UHGV virus genome: UHGV-0210088
Length of the DNA stretch: 41,418 nt
Direction: 5' to 3' (one strand)
DNA from: a virus
Position 1 is the stretch's first letter. Each line of letters opens with the position of its first letter. Below, piece by piece: positions 32,304 to 41,404 of this stretch. A model generated the notes under the pieces. The model searched no databases and was not told where the DNA came from. It saw nothing but the letters and a program-made list of their open reading frames with translations. Both the position numbers and the translations under genes were made by a program.

Positions 32304-32581
32304 TCATGGGAATCGAAGCAATCGCGGGGCTGGTGGTTGTCATCCTGGGTGCTATCGCTGGCGCGTTCGGCATCGGCCACGCTCGCGGGACCAGTAAGGC
32401 GGAAGCCAAAGCCGATCAGCAGCGTACCGAAGAGAACGCCGCCACCACCGTCGCCGCGGCAGAACGTAAGGCGGAAGTTGTGAAAGGGGCCAGTGATGTA
32501 CAGCAGAGTGTTAGTCATATGCCTGATGACGATGTTGATCGGGAGCTGCGCGAAAAGTTTACCCGCCCCGGTAGTCGTTGA
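32300..32581 (+). CDS. i-spanin (Rz-like): N-terminal TM, periplasmic charged domain
   Basis: 93 aa with TM helix IAGLVVVILGAIAGAF. Overlaps the endolysin stop. Contains the embedded o-spanin frame. Confidence 0.55.
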   Translation: MIMGIEAIAGLVVVILGAIAGAFGIGHARGTSKAEAKADQQRTEENAATTVAAAERKAEVVKGASDVQQSVSHMPDDDVDRELREKFTRPGSR

Positions 32582-32732
32582 TACGGCCTGCAGCTGGGTG
32601 CGCATCATCTACCTGACTGACCACGATATCGATGTGCTGGATAAGCAGACCAAGCGCGACATCCTGGCACACAACGAATCAGTTCAGACTAGCTGCATAA
32701 ACAAGAAAAATGCCCCGAAAGGGGCACGGTAA
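32493..32732 (+). CDS. o-spanin (Rz1-like lipoprotein), +1 frame overlapping the i-spanin 3' end
   Basis: Signal peptide plus lipobox (LIGSC). Pro-rich mature part. Confidence 0.6.
   Translation: MMYSRVLVICLMTMLIGSCAKSLPAPVVVDTACSWVRIIYLTDHDIDVLDKQTKRDILAHNESVQTSCINKKNAPKGAR
32711..32726 (-). terminator. Hairpin terminator for leftward transcription, embedded in the last codons of the o-spanin gene
   Basis: TGCCCC-gaaa-GGGGCA. On the minus strand it is followed by TTTTTCTT. Confidence 0.4.
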
Positions 32733-32735
32733 GGT

Positions 32736-32885
32736 CTATTTTCGGCGATTCTTATCACCTTCCTTCTGTGAGGGGGTTCGGTCCTCTCCCTTATTATGTC
32801 GGTGGTCGTGTCCGCCACCTTTCTTTTCTTTACCGTAATCAATCACTCCCCGTTTGTCTGACGGAGTTTTATCGAATATACCCAT
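32736..32885 (-). CDS. Antisense small hydrophilic Lys/Gly/His-rich protein (49 aa), in the lambda bor position
   Basis: Minus-strand ORF MGIFDKTPSDKRGVIDYGKEKKGGGHDHRHNKGEDRTPSQKEGDKNRRK with RBS AAGGAAAtaacaATG and the terminator at 32711-26. Not in the ORF track (under 60 aa). Confidence 0.3.
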   Translation of the reverse strand: MGIFDKTPSDKRGVIDYGKEKKGGGHDHRHNKGEDRTPSQKEGDKNRRK

Positions 32886-32961
32886 TGTTATTTCCTTATT
32901 TTTGGTGTGTGTAGCTTGGTTATTCTTGCTCTATCTATACAAAAAAACAACAGGATAATAA

Positions 32962-33312
32962 ATGCCATCTTTGATACCAAGGGCTTGTCGTAAACGAGGG
33001 TGCCCCGGTACTACTACCGACCGCTCAGGCTACTGCGAGAAGCACCACAATGAAGGCTGGCAACAGCATCAACAGCGAAAGAGTCGCCACGAGCGTGGCT
33101 ACGGTAGCCAGTGGGATATCAGACGTGCGTACATCCTGAAGCGCGACAACCATTTGTGCCAGAACTGCCTTCGCAGCGGGCGAGCTGTCGCAGCAAAGAC
33201 GGTTGACCACATCAAGGCTAAAGCTCATGGGGGTACCGATGATGATTCGAACCTCGAAAGCCTGTGCTGGCCCTGTCACAGAACGAAAACCGGGCGTGAA
33301 CGTTTCAAGTGA
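32962..33312 (+). CDS. HNH endonuclease, terminase-associated (HK97 gp74 type)
   Basis: 116 aa with a CxxC...HH...CxxCH pattern (CQNCLRSG...DHIKAKAHGGTDDDSNLESLCWPCH). Immediately upstream of the cos region and terminase small subunit. Confidence 0.8.
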   Translation: MPSLIPRACRKRGCPGTTTDRSGYCEKHHNEGWQQHQQRKSRHERGYGSQWDIRRAYILKRDNHLCQNCLRSGRAVAAKTVDHIKAKAHGGTDDDSNLESLCWPCHRTKTGRERFK

Positions 33313-33339
33313 TATCGATTCCCATTTGAGCCGAGGCAG

Positions 33340-33400
33340 AGGGGGGGCGGGGTAAAATCCCTGGCGGTGAAGGTCCAAAGGACCGCCGCCCAACCTTTTT
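33340..33400. other. Candidate cos site (GC-rich near-palindrome)
   Basis: GGGGGGGCGGGG...GGCGGTGAAGGTCCAAAGGACCGCCGCC (33363-90), partially 2-fold symmetric, in the 158-bp HNH to terS gap. Confidence 0.3.
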
Positions 33401-33470
33401 TCACACCGCCGCAGGTTAGAAAACTTTTTTTTGGGGTCCCCCATCCAATGATTAATAGGAGTTTTCGATT

Positions 33471-33968
33471 ATGCCAGGACCACCGAAAACCCCGACACAT
33501 CTGGCTTTAGTGAAGGGGAACCCATCCAAGCGCCCGATCAATAAGAACGAGCCAAAACCCCCGTCAGGGGTCCCCCCAATACCGAAACATTTCGATAAAC
33601 AGGGTAAGTACTGGTTCAAACGTATTGGTGATGAACTTGATGCCGTCGGCGTGTTGACCACGCTGGATGCTAAAGCGCTGGAGTTGTTGATAGAAGCCTA
33701 TGTTGAATACCGGCATCACTGCGACACGCTTGATCGTGAAGGTTACACCTATGCCGTCTACAGCGAAGATGATTCAGATGAAGGAGGGGAGCGGGAAATC
33801 AGAATGATAAAACCGCACCCTGCAGCAGTCATGAAGGCTGATGCGTGGAAACGGATCAGAGCGATGCTGAGCGAATTCGGCATGACACCTGCCAGCCGAT
33901 CAAAGGTTGGTGCAAAAGGCCCGGCAGAAGCCGACCCACTGGAAGAATTTCTTAAAAAGCGCAAATGA
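33471..33968 (+). CDS. Terminase small subunit (P27-type)
   Basis: 165 aa with the basic N-terminus MPGPPKTPTHLALVKGNPSKRP. AGGAG RBS. Directly upstream of the large subunit. Confidence 0.75.
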   Translation: MPGPPKTPTHLALVKGNPSKRPINKNEPKPPSGVPPIPKHFDKQGKYWFKRIGDELDAVGVLTTLDAKALELLIEAYVEYRHHCDTLDREGYTYAVYSEDDSDEGGEREIRMIKPHPAAVMKADAWKRIRAMLSEFGMTPASRSKVGAKGPAEADPLEEFLKKRK

Positions 33969-33971
33969 TGA

Positions 33972-35723
33972 ATGGCAACCGTTGCAGATGGATTCCGCTA
34001 CGCCGAGCGCGTGGTATCTGGCGATATCGTTGCTGGCGAACTGGTGCGTCTTGCGTGCCAGCGGTTCTTTCATGATTTAGAGCACGGCCCGGAGCGCGGT
34101 GTTTATTTTGATGAAGGCCGCGCCCAGCACGTTCTCGATTTTTATAACTTCGTCCCTCATGTGAAGGGGCACTTGACCGGCAAGCCGATCGAGTTGATGG
34201 ACTGGCACACCTTCATCCTGATTAACCTTTTCGGGTTTGTCGTCCCGCTGATAGATGAAATAACGTTTGAGAGCATTCTTGACGACGATGGCGACCCCAT
34301 GTTTGTGCGTCGCTTTCGTACCGCCTATGACGAAGTAGCGCGTAAAAATGCAAAATCAACGCTTTCGTCTGGCATCGGGCTTTATATGACTGGTGCCGAC
34401 GGTGAGGGTGGTTCTGAGGTTTATTCCGCAGCAACAACCAGGGATCAGGCCCGCATCGTGTTTGATGATGCGAAGCGCATGATTAAGCTGGCTCCGAAAA
34501 CTCTGGGCCGGTTGTTTGGTAGTAACAAGTTGAATATTCACCAGGAGCGGACGGGTTCAAAATTCGAACCTGTAGCCAGTGATGCGAATAACCTCGACGG
34601 CCTTAATATTCACTGCGGGATCGTTGATGAGCTGCACGCACATAAAACCCGTGACGTCTGGGAAGTTCTGGAAACAGCGACCGGTGCGCGCCTGCAGTCC
34701 CTTATTTTTGCAATCACTACTGCGGGTTTTAATAAAGAAGGTATCTGCTACGAGCAACGTGATTATGCAATCAAGGTTCTGAAGAACTTTGATAACCCTG
34801 ACCCGCTTTCAATTAAGGATGACAGCTATTTTGCGCTGATTTATACCCTGGATGAGGGGGACGATCCTTTCGACGAGGCAAACTGGCCGAAAGCAAATCC
34901 CGGCCTGGGGATATGTAAGCGTTGGGACGATATGCGCCGCCTGGCAAAAAAGGCGAAAGAGCAGGTAGCGGCGCGTGTCGGTTTTTTTACCAAGCACCTC
35001 AATATCTGGGTGCAGGGTGAAAAAGCATGGATGGATATGGCGCGCTGGGAAAAATGCCGTGACGACTGGGACGGCTCCACTTCGGCCAACTGGTCAATGT
35101 GGCTCGGCGTGGACCTTTCCAACAAAATTGATATTTCAGCTGCAGTTAAAGTCTGGCTTGCTCCAAATGGCGATGTCTATGTCCGCTCCAGATTCTGGAT
35201 ACCTGAAGGTCGGCTGGAAGCCTGTTCTAAACAGCAGGCGGACCTATACAGAAAATGGAATCTCGCTGGATTCCTTGAGTTTACCGATGGTGATGTTGTC
35301 GACCATGCAGTAATTAAAGAGGAAACGATCGAATGGGCGCGAGGCGACTCGCTGAACGAGTTCGCATACGATCCGTGGAGTGCCACTCAGTTTGCTTTGT
35401 CGGTAGCAGCTGAAGGCGTACCGATTGTTGAAGTCCCTCAGACGGTTAAAAACCTTTCTGAAGCAATGAAGGAAGTCGAGGCGAAAATTTACGCCGGGCG
35501 TTTTCATCACGATGGCAATCCGGTGATGACATGGATGATGTCAAACGTCACCGTCAAACCAGACAAAAACGAGAATATTTTCCCCAACAAGGCCACCCCA
35601 GAAAACAAAATTGACGGTCCTGTCGCGATGTTTATTGCGATGAGTCGCCTGCTTGTTAACGGTGGTGGTGAAGTTGACTTCCTGTCCACTATCGATCCTG
35701 ACGAAGACCTTTTACTTCTATGA
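33972..35723 (+). CDS. Terminase large subunit
   Basis: 583 aa with ATPase Walker-like region and the C-terminal nuclease motif IVDELH. Standard position. Confidence 0.9.
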   Translation: MATVADGFRYAERVVSGDIVAGELVRLACQRFFHDLEHGPERGVYFDEGRAQHVLDFYNFVPHVKGHLTGKPIELMDWHTFILINLFGFVVPLIDEITFESILDDDGDPMFVRRFRTAYDEVARKNAKSTLSSGIGLYMTGADGEGGSEVYSAATTRDQARIVFDDAKRMIKLAPKTLGRLFGSNKLNIHQERTGSKFEPVASDANNLDGLNIHCGIVDELHAHKTRDVWEVLETATGARLQSLIFAITTAGFNKEGICYEQRDYAIKVLKNFDNPDPLSIKDDSYFALIYTLDEGDDPFDEANWPKANPGLGICKRWDDMRRLAKKAKEQVAARVGFFTKHLNIWVQGEKAWMDMARWEKCRDDWDGSTSANWSMWLGVDLSNKIDISAAVKVWLAPNGDVYVRSRFWIPEGRLEACSKQQADLYRKWNLAGFLEFTDGDVVDHAVIKEETIEWARGDSLNEFAYDPWSATQFALSVAAEGVPIVEVPQTVKNLSEAMKEVEAKIYAGRFHHDGNPVMTWMMSNVTVKPDKNENIFPNKATPENKIDGPVAMFIAMSRLLVNGGGEVDFLSTIDPDEDLLLL

Positions 35724-35870
35724 AAACTCTAATCACTGATGTTATCGGGCTTACCGGGTTCGGTTCGCTTGCTGCAGGCGTGTATCTCCAGTTCGGTCTG
35801 GCGATGTCTCTGATGATGTCGGGAACCCTGCTACTCATTTATGCGCTGTTAGCGGCAATGAGGGGGAATA

Positions 35871-37097
35871 ATGCTGCTTGATGCTCTTTTTCGCAGTGAA
35901 CCACTGGAAAATCCGGCCACGCCGATCACGAGTGAATCGGCCGAAACCGATAATGTGTTTGCCCGAGACGTATTTGTCAGCCCGGAAACGGCGATGAAGC
36001 TGGCTGCGGTGTATGCCTGTATTTACGTTATCTCTTCGAATATCGCTCAGATGCCGCTGCATGTTATGCGGAAAACCAATAACAAGGTTGAAGCTGCCCG
36101 CGATCACCCTGTGTTTTACCTGGTTCACGATGAGCCGAATATGTGGCAGACCAGCTATAAGTGGCGTGAGTTAAAACAGCGTCATATTTTGGGCTGGGGG
36201 AATGGTTACACCTGGGTGAAGCGTTCCCGTCGTGGTGAAGTTTCCGGGCTGGAATGTTGCATGCCCTGGGAAACGACACTGCTTAACACTGGTGGTCGGT
36301 ATACCTATGGCGTTTACAACGAAGAGGGGGCGTTTGCCGTCAATCCCGACGATATGGTGCATATCCGGGCGCTGGGTAACAACCAGAAAATGGGGCTTAG
36401 CCCAATCATGCAGCATGCCGAGACGATAGGCATGGGGATGAGCGGGCAGGCTTATACCAGTTCATTCTTCAACGGTAATGCGCGACCCGCTGGCATTATT
36501 TCGGTGAAAAGCCAGCTGAATGAAGAAAGCTGGGGGCGTTTAAAAAGCATGTGGCAAAAAGCTACAGCTGCTTTGCGCAGCCAGGAGAATAAAACAATGC
36601 TTCTCCCGGCAGAGCTGGATTACAAAGCGCTCACCGTTTCCCCGGTTGATGCCCAGATTATTGATATGTCGAAGCTGAACCGGTCGATGATTGCCGGGAT
36701 ATTTAATGTACCGGCGCACATGATTAACGATCTCGAAAAAGCCACTTTCTCAAATATTACGCAGCAGGCCATTCAGTTTGTCCGCTACACGATCATGCCG
36801 TGGGTAACGAACTGGGAACAGGAACTCAATCGCCGCCTGTTCACCCGTGCTGAACTGGCCGCCGGATATTACGTCAGGTTTAACCTGACAGGCCTGCTAC
36901 GCGGGACCCCGCAGGAACGTGCTCAGTTCTACCACTTTGCGATCACTGATGGCTGGATGAGCCGCAATGAAGCGCGAGCCTTCGAAGACATGAATCCGGT
37001 AGATGGCCTGGATGAAATGCTGGTGAGCGTTAACGCCGCGAACCCCGCAGACGATTTTAAGGCACCTAAAACCGACGAGGAAAAGCCCAATGAATGA
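35871..37097 (+). CDS. Portal protein (HK97 family)
   Basis: 408 aa, follows terminase, overlaps the protease start. Portal-family length and composition. Confidence 0.85.
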   Translation: MLLDALFRSEPLENPATPITSESAETDNVFARDVFVSPETAMKLAAVYACIYVISSNIAQMPLHVMRKTNNKVEAARDHPVFYLVHDEPNMWQTSYKWRELKQRHILGWGNGYTWVKRSRRGEVSGLECCMPWETTLLNTGGRYTYGVYNEEGAFAVNPDDMVHIRALGNNQKMGLSPIMQHAETIGMGMSGQAYTSSFFNGNARPAGIISVKSQLNEESWGRLKSMWQKATAALRSQENKTMLLPAELDYKALTVSPVDAQIIDMSKLNRSMIAGIFNVPAHMINDLEKATFSNITQQAIQFVRYTIMPWVTNWEQELNRRLFTRAELAAGYYVRFNLTGLLRGTPQERAQFYHFAITDGWMSRNEARAFEDMNPVDGLDEMLVSVNAANPADDFKAPKTDEEKPNE

Positions 37098-37689
37098 CCG
37101 TGAAACGCGCTGTTACAGCGGGGAGGTCAGAGCCGAGCAACGCACCGATGAACCTACCCGCATTCTGGGCTATGGCTCGGTGTTCAACAGCCGTTCTGAA
37201 CCCCTGTGGGGATTCCGTGAAATCATCAAGCCCGGAGCATTTGACGATGTGCTGAATGATGATGTTCGCGGGCTGTTTAACCATGACCCCAACTTTATTC
37301 TCGGACGGAGCGCTGCCGGGACGCTATCCCTGTCTGTCGATGAGCGTGGCCTGCGTTATGACATTACAGCGCCGGATACGCAAACTATCCGCGATCTGGT
37401 GCTGGCGCCGATGATGCGCGGTGACATTAACCAGTCATCTTTTGCCTTCCGGGTATCCCATGACGGTGAAAATTGGTACCAGGACGATGAAGGGATCGTT
37501 ATTCGTGAAATATCGAAGTTTTCCCGGCTGTTTGATGTCAGTCCGGTGACTTATCCCGCATATCAGGAGGCTGACTCCGGCGTCCGATCGATGAAAGCCT
37601 GGCAGGAGGCGCGCGACAGCGGTGCGCTAAAGAACGCCATTAATCAACGAATGGCGCGTGAGCGCCTGCTGACCCTTCTTAACGCGTAA
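37090..37689 (+). CDS. Prohead protease (HK97 family, S78/U35)
   Basis: 199 aa. The conserved N-terminal block GYGSVFNSRSEPLWGFREIIKPGAF is typical of HK97-type maturation proteases. Confidence 0.85.
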   Translation: MNDRETRCYSGEVRAEQRTDEPTRILGYGSVFNSRSEPLWGFREIIKPGAFDDVLNDDVRGLFNHDPNFILGRSAAGTLSLSVDERGLRYDITAPDTQTIRDLVLAPMMRGDINQSSFAFRVSHDGENWYQDDEGIVIREISKFSRLFDVSPVTYPAYQEADSGVRSMKAWQEARDSGALKNAINQRMARERLLTLLNA

Positions 37690-37698
37690 GGAAAAATC

Positions 37699-38937
37699 AT
37701 GAAACTGCATGAAATGAAGCAAAAACGTAACATCATCGCCAAAGATATGCGTGCCCTGCATGACAAAATTGGTGATACACCCTGGACCGATGAGCAGCGT
37801 ACTCAGTGGAACGCTGCAAAATCGGAGCTTGACGCCCTTGATGAGCGTATTGCACGCGAAGAGGAACTGCGCCGCCAGGATCAGGATTATATCCACGAAA
37901 ACGAGCCGGAACAGCGCCAGCAGCAGAATCGTGATCCAGCAAACCCGGAAGCACAGGCTAACGAACGCCGTGCTGCGGCGTTTAATGCGTTTTTGCGCCG
38001 TGGTCTTGGCGAGATGAGCGCTGAAGAACGCCAGGCTTTAAAGGAGCTGCGTGCACAGGGCACGACGCCGGATGAAAAAGGGGGTTACACCGTACCAACC
38101 CAGTTCCGCAATAAGATCGTCGAAGCACTGAAAGATTACGGTGGAATTGCCAGTGTGGCGCAAATTCTGAATACCGCCAACGGCCAGGACATTGACTGGG
38201 CAACCTCTGACGGTACCACTGAAGAAGGTGAACTGCTGGGCGAAAACACTGAAACCAGTGAAGAAGACGTGTCTTTCGGCGGTGCAACGCTGGGGGCTAA
38301 AAAACTGTCCTCTAAAATCATTCGCGTATCCAATGAACTGCTCCAGGACAGCGGCGTAGATATCGAGGCGTTCCTGGCCGCGCGTATCGCCACTCGCATC
38401 GGACGTGGTGAAGCGAAGTATCTGGTATTAGGGACCGGCACCGGCACCCCGCTGCAGCCTAAAGGGCTGGCTGCGTCGGTAACTGGCACCAAAAATACCG
38501 CAGCAGCGACCACCTTTACCTGGAAAGAGCTGAACGCCCTGAAGCACTCTGTCGACCCGGCATACCGTAACGGTCCAAAGGTGCGCTGGGCCTTTAACGA
38601 TGCAACGTTGCAGCTGGTGGAGGAAATGGAGGATGGACAGGGCCGCCCGCTCTGGTTACCGAACATTATCGGTGGCGCACCTGCTACTGTTCTGCAGGTG
38701 CCGTATGTCGTTGACCAGGCTATTCCTGATATCGCGGCTGGTGCCAAATTTGCCTACTTCGGCGATTTTAACCGCTTTATCGTTCGTCGCGTCACTTACA
38801 TGACGCTGAAACGGCTGGTTGAGCGTTACGCTGAGTACGATCAGACTGGCTTCCTGGCCTTCCACCGCTTCGACTGCGTACTGGAAGATACCGGCGCGAT
38901 TAAGGCGCTGGTGGGTAAACCGGCATCTGGCGGCTAA
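37699..38937 (+). CDS. Major capsid protein (HK97 fold) with N-terminal delta/scaffold domain
   Basis: 412 aa. Coiled-coil N-terminus (MKLHEMKQKRNIIAKDMRALHDKI...). Position after the protease. Followed by a terminator. Confidence 0.9.
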   Translation: MKLHEMKQKRNIIAKDMRALHDKIGDTPWTDEQRTQWNAAKSELDALDERIAREEELRRQDQDYIHENEPEQRQQQNRDPANPEAQANERRAAAFNAFLRRGLGEMSAEERQALKELRAQGTTPDEKGGYTVPTQFRNKIVEALKDYGGIASVAQILNTANGQDIDWATSDGTTEEGELLGENTETSEEDVSFGGATLGAKKLSSKIIRVSNELLQDSGVDIEAFLAARIATRIGRGEAKYLVLGTGTGTPLQPKGLAASVTGTKNTAAATTFTWKELNALKHSVDPAYRNGPKVRWAFNDATLQLVEEMEDGQGRPLWLPNIIGGAPATVLQVPYVVDQAIPDIAAGAKFAYFGDFNRFIVRRVTYMTLKRLVERYAEYDQTGFLAFHRFDCVLEDTGAIKALVGKPASGG

Positions 38938-38960
38938 GGCAATAATCAGCTTCAACCTCC

Positions 38961-38980
38961 ACCGCTCCGGCGGTTTTTTT
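38961..38980 (+). terminator. Intrinsic terminator after the capsid gene
   Basis: ACCGC-tccg-GCGGT followed by TTTTTTT. A further 8-bp-stem hairpin GCCCGCAG-ttcg-CTGCGGGC at 38983-39002 has no T-run. Confidence 0.55.
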
Positions 38981-39014
38981 ATGCCCGCAGTTCGCTGCGG
39001 GCCAGGGAAAATAC

Positions 39015-39332
39015 ATGAGCACAACGATTGAGATGTTGCGGGCGCAGTGTCGGATCGATATTGACGATGCAACCGAAGATGAACTGCTGACGCTGTATTT
39101 CACAGCTGCTCGGCGTCGCGCAGAGAACTTCATTAATCGGAAACTGCATGAAGATTCTGTGCCTGATACCGATCCAGACGGGTTAAAAATTGCTGACGAT
39201 ATCCTCCTGGCGCTGATGCTTCTTGTTGGGCATTGGTTCAACAGCAGGGAAGAAGCTTCCGATGTAAATAAAATGAGCATCCCCTTCGGCTTCACTTCGT
39301 TGCTTGAACCCTACCGATATATCCCACTTTGA
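39015..39332 (+). CDS. Head-tail connector (gp6-like DNA-packaging / head completion protein)
   Basis: 105 aa. N-terminus MSTTIEMLRAQCRIDIDDATEDELLTLYFTAARRRAENFI is typical of the gp6-like connector family. Confidence 0.65.
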   Translation: MSTTIEMLRAQCRIDIDDATEDELLTLYFTAARRRAENFINRKLHEDSVPDTDPDGLKIADDILLALMLLVGHWFNSREEASDVNKMSIPFGFTSLLEPYRYIPL

Positions 39333-39401
39333 GGTGATTTATGGCCTGTGAAGGGTGTCTCCGTCGGCGTGAATGGTTAAAAAAGTGGACGAAAATAGCC
39401 T

Positions 39402-39599
39402 ATGAACGAGCAACTGGTAAACGCGCTGATAGCAGCGCTGAGAGAACAAACAGCAGCACAGCGAGAGCAGACGGAAGCGATAAACCGCCTGGCTGAGTCT
39501 AACGTCGCCCTGTCCGATGTGATTATCCAGTCGCTTGCCGGCGATCTCGAAGAGGCGCCAGAGCAGCAAACCTATCTGAGTGGGAAACCCAGGGGGTGA
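39402..39599 (+). CDS. Small hypothetical head-tail region protein (65 aa); weak call
   Basis: Helical, acidic. A competing 52-codon ORF starts at about 39341 with a GAGGTG RBS in another frame. Confidence 0.3.
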   Translation: MNEQLVNALIAALREQTAAQREQTEAINRLAESNVALSDVIIQSLAGDLEEAPEQQTYLSGKPRG

Positions 39600-39600
39600 T

Positions 39601-39933
39601 ATGCAGGCCGGAAAATTGCGTCACAGGATCACCCTGCAGGAACCCGCCAAAGAACAGAACACGACAACGGGAGCCGTGATTAATACCTGGCGCGATGTTG
39701 CAACCCTTTGGGCCGAAGTCGCTCCTTTATCCGCACGTGAGTTTATCGCCGCCCAGGCCTCTCAGGGCGAAGTTACCACCCGGATAACGATTCGTTACCG
39801 TGAGGGTGTTACCCGCAAACATCGGATCCTGTTTCGTGGTCGCATCTACAACATTGAGGGCGTTTTACCTGATCCACGGAGTGGCAGGGAATACCTGACA
39901 CTGCCTTGTTCAGAGGGGGCTAACGATGGCTGA
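39601..39933 (+). CDS. Head-tail adaptor / head closure protein
   Basis: Start at MQAGKLRHRITLQ. Content and size fit the Phage_H_T_join family. Confidence 0.55.
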   Translation: MQAGKLRHRITLQEPAKEQNTTTGAVINTWRDVATLWAEVAPLSAREFIAAQASQGEVTTRITIRYREGVTRKHRILFRGRIYNIEGVLPDPRSGREYLTLPCSEGANDG

Positions 39934-40465
39934 TGGCGTGGAAGTAAACCTGACCGGCCTCGATTCCGTCCTGGGGAAACTGGATGCCGTCTCACAGGTC
40001 ACTCGCGATAAATCCGGTCGTGCAGCGCTGCGTAAAGCGGCAAACGTCATCAGGGACAGAGCGCGCAATAATGCCGCGCGGGTTGATGATCCTCTCACCA
40101 AAGAGGCTATCTACAAAAACATTGTGGTCAGTTTCAGCAGCAAGGCATTTCGCAGAACCGGCGATCCAACGTTTCGTGTCGGGGTGATGGGCGGCGCCAG
40201 GCAATACGCCAATACAAAGGCCAACGTCCGAAAAGGCAGGGCGGGTAAAAGTTTTAACACTGCCGGAGATAAAGGTAATCCCGGCGGGGATACCTGGTAC
40301 TGGCGATTCCTGGAGTTCGGCACAGAACATGCTGCAGCGAGGCCAATAATTAGGCCTGCACTGAATGGGGTCGATGCCGATGTGATTAACGTTTTTGCTT
40401 TGGAGCTGGAAAAGTCCATCGATCGCGCTGTACGACGGGCGGCTAAAAAAGGAACTCCGGTATGA
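39926..40465 (+). CDS. HK97 gp10-family tail component (neck/tail terminator region)
   Basis: 179 aa. MADGVEVNLTGLDSVLGKLDAVSQVTRDKSGRAALRKAANVI matches the HK97 gp10 family pattern. Confidence 0.65.
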   Translation: MADGVEVNLTGLDSVLGKLDAVSQVTRDKSGRAALRKAANVIRDRARNNAARVDDPLTKEAIYKNIVVSFSSKAFRRTGDPTFRVGVMGGARQYANTKANVRKGRAGKSFNTAGDKGNPGGDTWYWRFLEFGTEHAAARPIIRPALNGVDADVINVFALELEKSIDRAVRRAAKKGTPV

Positions 40466-40827
40466 TTGCTCCAATATTTGCAGTTTGCGCAGCCAGCCAG
40501 GCAGTCAGGGATTTGTTAGGTTCTACCCCCGTGCGGCTTTATCCGTTCGGTATGCAGGACGACAATATCGTTTATCCCTACGCAGTCTGGCAAAACGTAG
40601 GTGGCTTCCCTGAAAATTATCTGAACCAGCGGCCAGATGCAGATCACTATTCTCTGCAGGTTGATGTCTATGGTGATACTGACACCGATGTGATCGCCGT
40701 TGCCCGCGCTTTGCGTGACGCAATTGAGGGCAAGGCCTATATCACCCGATGGGGTGAACAAAGCCGCGACCCTGAAACAATGCGATACCGCTATTCCTTC
40801 GATGTTGACTGGATAACGACCAGATAA
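40462..40827 (+). CDS. Tail completion protein (DUF3168 / gp11-like)
   Basis: 121 aa, overlaps the previous stop. [20 protein letters not shown] is a DUF3168-like motif. Confidence 0.6.
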   Translation: MIAPIFAVCAASQAVRDLLGSTPVRLYPFGMQDDNIVYPYAVWQNVGGFPENYLNQRPDADHYSLQVDVYGDTDTDVIAVARALRDAIEGKAYITRWGEQSRDPETMRYRYSFDVDWITTR

Positions 40828-40883
40828 CCAACAACCCCAAACTGACCCGCCTTGTGCGGGTTTTTCTTTTATGGAGACAAAAC

Positions 40884-41375
40884 ATGTCTGTATTAACGCA
40901 AGGCACGCAGTTTTTTGTGCTCAAGTCTGGCGTGGTCAGCGAGGTTGAATGCATCACCAGTTTCAACCCCGGTGGGAACCCTGCCGATCAGATTGAAGAT
41001 ACCTGTCTGAGTGAGCGGGACTCCAGAACCTACAAAAAGGGGCTTAAAACGCCTGCGGCCGCAACCGTCGGGCTTAACGCTGATCCGGCGAACGCCAGCC
41101 ACATTATGTTGCATGGCCTCGCTGAAGCGAATGACCAGACGCCGTTAACTTTTGCGGTTGGCTGGTCAGATGGAACCAGTGTCCCGACAGCCGCCGCTCC
41201 TGGCGCTGAGGATGCTGTTGATGGCCTGGTGCTGCCATCGGATCGCACCTGGTTCATTTTCCAGGGTTACGTTTCCGACTTCCCGTTTGATTTCCAGGGT
41301 AACGCTGTTGTGACGACCTCCGCCACGATCCAGCGGTCTGGCTCTTCCGTATGGGTGCCGAAGGCCGCAGCGTAA
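40884..41375 (+). CDS. Major tail (tube) protein
   Basis: Start at MSVLTQG with a GGAGA RBS. 163 aa. Last structural gene before the terminator and the G gene across the window junction. Confidence 0.7.
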   Translation: MSVLTQGTQFFVLKSGVVSEVECITSFNPGGNPADQIEDTCLSERDSRTYKKGLKTPAAATVGLNADPANASHIMLHGLAEANDQTPLTFAVGWSDGTSVPTAAAPGAEDAVDGLVLPSDRTWFIFQGYVSDFPFDFQGNAVVTTSATIQRSGSSVWVPKAAA

Positions 41376-41382
41376 TTAATAT

Positions 41383-41404
41383 GCCCGGTTATCCGGGCTT
41401 TTCT
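41383..41404 (+). terminator. Attenuating terminator between the tail tube and G
   Basis: GCCCGG-ttat-CCGGGC followed by TTTTCT, then the AGGAG RBS for the gene at window position 1. Confidence 0.55.
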
